DNA of 53,257 bases from NCBI GenBank assembly GCA_046735395.1, contig JBJKQR010000054.1:1-53257 (forward strand). Reading direction: 5' to 3'. Under the pieces are notes generated by a model. The model ran no database searches, was not told the DNA's origin, and saw only the letters and a list, made by a program, of their open reading frames with translations. Below are positions 46,989 to 53,257 of this stretch, piece after piece; position 1 is the stretch's first letter, and each line of letters opens with the position of its first letter. The stretch comes from Fidelibacterota bacterium. Its GTDB lineage: Bacteria; Fidelibacterota; Fidelibacteria; Fidelibacterales; DSDE01. A program made the translations under genes and the position numbers.

Positions 46989-48854
46989 ATGAAGCTCAGT
47001 TCGATTTTGAATACGCTGGAGGGTCAGCCGATCTTCAAGAACCTGACCCAGGATGAATTCAATTATATTTTCGAAATAGCTGAAATCAAGAATTACGAAA
47101 AGGACGAATATCTTTTTCACCAGAGCATGCCCCGCGAAGCCATGTATGTCGTTCTCGAAGGACGTCTGGCTATTCTCCAGGGCATCGGGGACCAGCTTAC
47201 CCAGAAAGCCATCTACCAGAAGGGGTCCCTCGTATCCGAACGCATCCTCCGATCGGATCACAGCCCCCACGGCGCGTCCGGCCAGGCTCTGACCCCGCTC
47301 ACCGTTCTGGAAATGACCAATTACGCCCTCACGCTGATGGAAAAATTCAACCCTCTGCTCTTTGAAAAACTCGTTTCCAATGCCATGGAAAATTACGCCC
47401 AGCAAATGAGTTTCAAGGGAATTACCAATAAAAGCGGCGACATAGACGAATACCGCATTGAACATGATCTGCTCGGAGACCGGCAGGTTCCCAACGATGT
47501 TCTGTATGGAGTGCAGACGCTGAGAGCCCTGGAAAATTTTCCCATTACCACCGAGACGATCGGCGCCTATCCCAGCCTTGTCAAGGCACTGGCTATGGTA
47601 AAAAAGGCCTGCGCCCAGTCCAACCGGGACCTGAAGCTGCTGGATGAGACTCTGGCCCGGGCCATTATCCAGGCCTGTGACGAAATCATTGACGGCGCTC
47701 ATCACGAGCATTTCGTCGTGGATGTCATGCAGGGCGGTGCCGGCACCAGCACGAATATGAATGCCAATGAAGTCATTGCCAACCGCGCTCTGGAACTTCT
47801 GGATCATAAACGGGGGGATTATGACATCCTTCATCCCAACAACCATGTCAATCTCAGCCAGAGTACCAATGATGTCTATCCCACCGCTCTCCGGATTGCG
47901 CTGCGTTTTGCCCTCAAGAGACTGCAGGCGTCCATGAAACAGCTTTCCAAGCATTTTGACAAAAAATCCGAGGAATTCCGCGATGTGATCAAGATGGGCC
48001 GGACCCAGCTACAGGATGCGGTTCCCATGACTCTCGGCCAGGAATTCAGCGCCTTTGCCCTCATGATCCGGGAAGATTACGAACGGCTGAACGACACCCA
48101 CCCTCTTCTGGAGGAGATCAATATGGGTGCCACGGCTATCGGCACCGGCCTCAATGCGGATCCGCGTTACAGCCGCATGGTGCGCCAGTACCTGGAGGAA
48201 ATCACGGGCATGGAGATGAAGACGGCTCACAACCTTGTGGAAGCCACTCAGGACACGGGTTCCTTTGTCCAGCTCTCAGCTGCCCTGAAACGATTTGCCG
48301 TGAAGATTTCCAAAATCTGTAATGATCTGCGCCTGCTCTCCTCCGGCCCCCGTGCCGGCCTCAATGAGATCAATCTGCCGCCGGTACAGCCCGGCTCCAC
48401 CATCATGCCCGGCAAGGTGAATCCGGTCATTCCCGAAGTGGTCAATCAGGTGGCCTTCGAAGTGGTGGGAAATGACATGACCATCACCATGGCCGCCGAA
48501 GCGGGCCAGCTGCAGCTGAATGTGATGGAACCGGTGATTGCCTGGTCACTGTTCAAAAGCATCAACCATCTTCGTCAGGCCTGCATCGTTCTGGGAGAAC
48601 GGACGGTAAAGGGTATCACTGCCAACCCGGAAATTACAAAAGGCTATGTGGACAAGAGCATCGGCATCGTCACCGCCCTCCTGCCGGCCATCGGCTACGT
48701 GCGTGCCACCGAAGTGGCCAAGGAGGCCATGAATACCGGGAAAAGCGTCCGGGATATTCTCATCCGTAAAAAAATATTGACGGTCGAAGAAATCGATGAA
48801 ATTCTCAAGCCCGAAAACATGGTGGCTCAGCACTGGGACAGTAAACGAGGCTGA
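46989..48854 (+). CDS. aspA: Aspartate ammonia-lyase with N-terminal cNMP-binding domain
   Basis: Motifs YRIEHDLLG, GGAGTSTNMNANE, KMGRTQLQDA and GSTIMPGKVNP; the first ~150 aa are CRP-like. Confidence 0.92.
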   Translation: MKLSSILNTLEGQPIFKNLTQDEFNYIFEIAEIKNYEKDEYLFHQSMPREAMYVVLEGRLAILQGIGDQLTQKAIYQKGSLVSERILRSDHSPHGASGQALTPLTVLEMTNYALTLMEKFNPLLFEKLVSNAMENYAQQMSFKGITNKSGDIDEYRIEHDLLGDRQVPNDVLYGVQTLRALENFPITTETIGAYPSLVKALAMVKKACAQSNRDLKLLDETLARAIIQACDEIIDGAHHEHFVVDVMQGGAGTSTNMNANEVIANRALELLDHKRGDYDILHPNNHVNLSQSTNDVYPTALRIALRFALKRLQASMKQLSKHFDKKSEEFRDVIKMGRTQLQDAVPMTLGQEFSAFALMIREDYERLNDTHPLLEEINMGATAIGTGLNADPRYSRMVRQYLEEITGMEMKTAHNLVEATQDTGSFVQLSAALKRFAVKISKICNDLRLLSSGPRAGLNEINLPPVQPGSTIMPGKVNPVIPEVVNQVAFEVVGNDMTITMAAEAGQLQLNVMEPVIAWSLFKSINHLRQACIVLGERTVKGITANPEITKGYVDKSIGIVTALLPAIGYVRATEVAKEAMNTGKSVRDILIRKKILTVEEIDEILKPENMVAQHWDSKRG

Positions 48855-48886
48855 CTACGCCGTAGACAGGCCGTAAGTGGTGAAAC

Positions 48887-49660
48887 ATGATCAGTCCAGC
48901 AAGCCGTTTCAGTATCCCCGGGACCCGTTATCTGGGGAAAAATATTTATCATTTCCACTCCTTGCACAGCAGCAATCTGGAACTGCTTTCAGATAATAAC
49001 GCCCTCTACACATCCGGTGATATTGTTCTTGCGGATGAACAGAGCGCCGGGATCGGACGTTATAAGCGCCATTGGGTCAGTCACTTCGGAGGTTTGTACT
49101 TTTCCATACTCTTTGAAGATGTGGAAAATCTGACCACATTCTATCCCTTTGTCATCCTCTGTGCTCTGGCAGTCCGGGACCGCATCGCCGATCTGTCCGC
49201 TTCCCGCCGGGAAATCTGTCTCAAATGGCCCAATGACGTGTATGCGGACGGCAGGAAAATATCCGGTATTCTGGTGCAGAGCAGAAACACGGGAGAGCTC
49301 AGCCGTGTCGTCATCGGTATCGGCATCAATCTCAACAATGAAATTCCCAGAGACAGGGAGCTGCGGAATCCAGCCGTCAATCTGGCTGAATTATCCGGTC
49401 AACCCGTGGATATTTCGTCCTTCTTCTCCGGCCTGATCCTGACTATTGACAGTTTCTATCACGATTTCATACAGGGAAAATTCCCGGATTTTCTGCCCCG
49501 GCTGAATCAGCACATTTACGGAAAAAACAGCTTTTTCAAATTTACTGCAGGCAATCGTGTGCTTCGGGTCAGAGCGCTGGAATATACGAAGCTCGGCCAC
49601 CTGCTGGCCGAGGATGACAAAGGGAAAACCCTGTCCCTGTCTATCGGCGAATTGTGCTGA
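48887..49660 (+). CDS. birA: Biotin-protein ligase (no HTH)
   Basis: Motifs QSAGIGR..RHWVS, KWPND, KISGIL and GIGIN. Confidence 0.9.
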   Translation: MISPASRFSIPGTRYLGKNIYHFHSLHSSNLELLSDNNALYTSGDIVLADEQSAGIGRYKRHWVSHFGGLYFSILFEDVENLTTFYPFVILCALAVRDRIADLSASRREICLKWPNDVYADGRKISGILVQSRNTGELSRVVIGIGINLNNEIPRDRELRNPAVNLAELSGQPVDISSFFSGLILTIDSFYHDFIQGKFPDFLPRLNQHIYGKNSFFKFTAGNRVLRVRALEYTKLGHLLAEDDKGKTLSLSIGELC

Positions 49661-49792
49661 GCGTCACATATTCGCCTCTTTAGCACCTGAAATCATCCAT
49701 CATAAATAGAAATTATTGCCGTAAAGAAATTCTTCGGCTATATTCCCCCACTTTTTGAGTTTTTAAAACATCGCAGCAAAGGATGCTATTCG

Positions 49793-50230
49793 ATGGATTT
49801 GGATGTGGACCGGAACCCGGACAAGATCATAAAAGGTGATGGCACCGAATTCTCTGAAGGCGATTCTTCGGAAAATACGGGAACACTCATCTACGCTCCG
49901 GAAAAAGATGTGGATTTCAGAGCCCTGAAACGAGGCCTGAGCCAACTCATACCGGAGGGATGGACTGGCAGCCGGACACTCTGTGATTTCAGCCGCTGCA
50001 GCCTCCGTAGTTTGTCCTCCGAAGATATTGATATGATCATTGACGCAGCCAAAAAGAATATGAGGGGATTTTTTCAGGGACGGGTAGCCATCCTGGTTTC
50101 AGATATCATCTCACTGGGCATGGCCAGAATGTTTGAAATCCGCTATGAACTGGATTTTCCCGATGTGCAGATACAGGTATTTCCCGAACGGATCGCTGCG
50201 GAAGCCTGGCTCAATATGGGTATAAATTAA
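49793..50230 (+). CDS. Hypothetical protein (SpoIIAA/STAS-like)
   Basis: LCDFS, RVAILVS..LGMARMFE and QVF...AEAWL pattern; start uncertain. Confidence 0.45.
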   Translation: MDLDVDRNPDKIIKGDGTEFSEGDSSENTGTLIYAPEKDVDFRALKRGLSQLIPEGWTGSRTLCDFSRCSLRSLSSEDIDMIIDAAKKNMRGFFQGRVAILVSDIISLGMARMFEIRYELDFPDVQIQVFPERIAAEAWLNMGIN

Positions 50231-50233
50231 GTC

Positions 50234-51085
50234 TCAGGAAAATATAACGGTCTTTCGGCCGCTGATCAGAATTCGCCGTTCACAGTGATTTTTCACTGCC
50301 CGGGCCAGAACCGTCCGTTCCAGGTCCCGCCCCTTGTGCATCAGATCATTCAATGCATCCCGATGAGACACGGACAGTACATCCTGGGTAATAATGGGCC
50401 CTTCATCCAGATCATCCGTCACATAATGAGATGTGGCGCCGATGATTTTCACACCCCGCTCAAACGCCTGCCTGTAGGGATTTCCGCCCTTGAAGGCCGG
50501 CAGAAAACTGTGGTGAATATTGATGATATTTCCCGGATATTTTCTGACAAATTCAGGGGACAGGATCTGCATATAGCGGGCAAGAATGATGCTCTCCACG
50601 CCCAGATCCGCAAGAAATTCCAGTTCTGCGGTTTCCATGTCCGAACGGTTTTCCGGGGAAAGGGGAAAGACCTGAAAAGGGATACCCTTATCCTGAACCA
50701 GAGGCCTCAAATCTTCATGATTGGCGATGACACATCGGATATCCAGGGCAAATTCACCCCGGTCGTAACGCCATAATAATTCCTGAAGGCAATGGTCTGT
50801 CTTTGAAACGAATACCGCTGCCGGTATCTTCCTCGATAATGAATCGATCCGCCAGTCTGCATCCAGATCCCGGGCAATGTCCCGGAATTCGGCGTCTATC
50901 TCTCCCCTTGATGCACCTGTTTCCGTCAGAACATAGACAATCCGGACATAAAAGAGGCCGGCGGATGCGTCCACATGTTCATCCAGATCCATAATGTTCG
51001 CTCCCTGTCCGGCAAGAAATCCGGCCAGACGCGCCACGATACCGGGCTTATCCGGGCAGCTCAGTAATAATACCATTTTATTCAT
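50234..51085 (-). CDS. purU: Formyltetrahydrofolate deformylase
   Basis: ACT domain CPDKPGIVA and motifs LARYMQIL, INIHHSFLP and DLDEGPII. Confidence 0.96.
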   Translation of the reverse strand: MNKMVLLLSCPDKPGIVARLAGFLAGQGANIMDLDEHVDASAGLFYVRIVYVLTETGASRGEIDAEFRDIARDLDADWRIDSLSRKIPAAVFVSKTDHCLQELLWRYDRGEFALDIRCVIANHEDLRPLVQDKGIPFQVFPLSPENRSDMETAELEFLADLGVESIILARYMQILSPEFVRKYPGNIINIHHSFLPAFKGGNPYRQAFERGVKIIGATSHYVTDDLDEGPIITQDVLSVSHRDALNDLMHKGRDLERTVLARAVKNHCERRILISGRKTVIFS

Positions 51086-51134
51086 TTCTGCCAGTTTCCC
51101 ATCCTTTTTAAATCAGGACGCAGCCTATTCATCC

Positions 51135-52163
51135 TTATAAGCGATCTGCGATATCCAGGATCAGCCGTTCCGAATCCGTCCAGTTCAGGCAGGGATCGGT
51201 AATGGATTTCCCGTAGATTTTAGCAGGAATGGACTGACTGCCTTCCTCGATATACGATTCAATCATCAGTCCCTTCACCAGGTTCTGAATGCGGGGATTG
51301 TAACGGCGGTTCGCCAGAATCTCCTGGGCAATCCGCGGTTGCTCACGGTGTTTTTTATCGCTGTTCGCATGATTGGTATCCACGATGACAGCCGGATTCT
51401 GCAGATCCCTTTCTTCATACAGATCCGCAAGTCTCATCAGATCTTCATAGTGATAATTGGGAATGGCCGTTCCCTGGGAATTGACAGCTCCCCGAAGAAT
51501 GGTATGTGTCAGATCATTTCCCCGGGTCTTCACTTCCCAACCATTATAGACAAAGGTATGGGAAAGCTGAGCGGCCTTGACGGAGTTCAGCATGACGTTC
51601 ATATCACCGCTGGTGGGATTTTTCATTCCCACCGCCACATCGAGTCCCGAAACAGTCAGGCGATGCTGCTGATTTTCCACGGAGCGGGCTCCGATGGCCA
51701 CATAGCTGAGTAAATCATCCAGATAGCGAAAATTATCCGGATAGAGCATTTCGTCCGCGGCCGGGAGATGGGCTTCACGAATCGCCCGAAGATGAAGGCT
51801 GCGAATGGCTTTTATCCCCTCCGACAGATCCGGCGCCTTTCCCGGATCCGGCTGATGCGCCATTCCCTTGTATCCCTCTCCGGTTGTCCGCGGTTTATTG
51901 GTATAGATTCTCGGAACAATGACGATTACATCCGATACTTTTTCCTGAACCTTTTTCAGTCGATTTATATAATCGATCACCGCATCCTCGTTATCCGCCG
52001 AGCAGGGTCCGATAATCAGCAGAAATTTCGAACTCTTTCCCGTCAGAATATCGGCGATTTCACGATCCCGTGCCGCCTTGACGTCCTTCAGCTCCCGGCT
52101 CAGACTCAGGCCATGCTTGATCGTTCGCTCATCCGGCAATTCGGTGACTGGTTCAAATACCAT
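51135..52163 (-). CDS. 3-deoxy-7-phosphoheptulonate (DAHP) synthase, class I
   Basis: Motifs IGPCS, KPRT, AIGARS, GMKNP, DTNHANS and KSITDPC. Confidence 0.93.
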   Translation of the reverse strand: MVFEPVTELPDERTIKHGLSLSRELKDVKAARDREIADILTGKSSKFLLIIGPCSADNEDAVIDYINRLKKVQEKVSDVIVIVPRIYTNKPRTTGEGYKGMAHQPDPGKAPDLSEGIKAIRSLHLRAIREAHLPAADEMLYPDNFRYLDDLLSYVAIGARSVENQQHRLTVSGLDVAVGMKNPTSGDMNVMLNSVKAAQLSHTFVYNGWEVKTRGNDLTHTILRGAVNSQGTAIPNYHYEDLMRLADLYEERDLQNPAVIVDTNHANSDKKHREQPRIAQEILANRRYNPRIQNLVKGLMIESYIEEGSQSIPAKIYGKSITDPCLNWTDSERLILDIADRL

Positions 52164-52289
52164 AATTTCCCTTCCTTTTTTTCCACGCTAATTTACGGCG
52201 CTATTTCTACAAACAGAAACATTTGCTTGAAAATATTATGACGGAATGGCTGGACAGAGCGCAGCGGCTCTGTTATGTAAAATAAATGA

Positions 52290-53219
52290 TCAGGAAATTC
52301 GCGTCTGCCGTTCTGTCATCCACTCATGAACATCCCGGTATACGTCATCACGGGTCAATTCATTCAGTGTCTCATGACGGCTGTCTCGATAGAAACGGAC
52401 TTCCACATCCCGGGTTCCATGTTTTCGATACATCTCGGCAACCTCCCGTACATAGCTTCCGCCCGGTCCGCCCACCGGATCCATTTCACCGGAAAAGAGG
52501 AGAACCGGCAGTGAATCAGGAGTCTGGCGATAACATCCGGAACGGTTAATGGTCAGAACACCGGAAGCCAGTTCATGGCCGTATTCCGGTGTAATAAGGC
52601 GGCCGCACCAGGGATCTGCGATATAGGCATCCACCACCTTCTCGTCCCGGCTGAGAAAATCGTAATCTGTCCGCGGGTTCGGGATCTGGTCATTCAGCAT
52701 TCCATATACCAGTTTATGCAGCAGGGCATTGGGTTTGTTGCGGCTGAAGAGTTTAAATAATTTGGCCAGGATAATGCCTCCGTAGGTCACAAAAGGGTTC
52801 GCGCGCCCTGTTCCGCTCAGAATCAACCCCTGATAGGATGGATTCATCCGTCCGGCCAGATTGCGGGCGAGAAAGGATCCCATACTGTGGCCCATGAGAT
52901 ACACCGGCAGCTCCGGATAATCTTCACGGATATGCTGCCGCTGAATTTCCAGGTCTTCAATGGCCCTCTCCCATCCCTTTTCCTTCTGTGAAAAAATATT
53001 CAGTGTTCCGGATTTTTCCGCAGTCCGGCCATGTCCCCTCAGGTCCATGATATAGACCGCAAAGCCCTTCTCGTTCATAAATCGGATAAACTCCCCGTAT
53101 CTCATGGCGTGTTCGAGAGACCCGTGGATCAGCTGAAGTACTCCGACCGGATTTTCAGGACAACTTTTCCAGGCCTGTATTTCTATTCCGTCGGATGCCG
53201 TAAAACATCTGGATTCCAT
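52290..53219 (-). CDS. Alpha/beta hydrolase (lysophospholipase/Hydrolase_4-like)
   Basis: Motifs HGSLEH, DLRGHG, GHSMG, GEMDPVG and RHETLNE. Confidence 0.88.
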   Translation of the reverse strand: MESRCFTASDGIEIQAWKSCPENPVGVLQLIHGSLEHAMRYGEFIRFMNEKGFAVYIMDLRGHGRTAEKSGTLNIFSQKEKGWERAIEDLEIQRQHIREDYPELPVYLMGHSMGSFLARNLAGRMNPSYQGLILSGTGRANPFVTYGGIILAKLFKLFSRNKPNALLHKLVYGMLNDQIPNPRTDYDFLSRDEKVVDAYIADPWCGRLITPEYGHELASGVLTINRSGCYRQTPDSLPVLLFSGEMDPVGGPGGSYVREVAEMYRKHGTRDVEVRFYRDSRHETLNELTRDDVYRDVHEWMTERQTRIS

Positions 53220-53257
53220 ATGTATTTCCTGTTATTGAGTTCGTGTCCGGATCGCAC

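Overview
The window has two parts. Bases 1-14560 form an AT-rich accessory island that abuts the 3' end of a minus-strand tRNA-Phe(GAA) gene at 14568-14640. The island carries two tandem three-gene cassettes. Each has (i) a small precursor with a nearly invariant ~51-aa leader, resembling NVEALA-family leaders and ending in A-Y-A, followed by a completely different Cys-rich core, (ii) a membrane-anchored six-bladed beta-propeller, and (iii) a membrane-anchored CxxC thioredoxin-like protein. A DUF4846 gene and an amidase gene sit between the cassettes, and an MFP + RND + RND + TolC exporter follows them. This looks like an uncharacterised polymorphic, disulfide-rich secreted-peptide system and is the main finding. 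Bases ~14800-53257 are GC-richer, mostly housekeeping DNA of a diderm bacterium, possibly FCB/Marinimicrobia-like (inference only). They include acyl-CoA dehydrogenase, a plsC-like gene, sixA, marR, rubrerythrin, znuACB, rsmI, upp, a FadL-like gene, a GWxTD gene, polA, mtaB, deoxynucleoside kinase, ilvE, gpmA, dsbD, an M18 peptidase, cNMP-fused aspA, birA, purU and a DAHP synthase. Full-length but catalytically eroded LeuB-like and LeuC-like genes flank polA. All calls come from motif reading by eye; no database searches were run.
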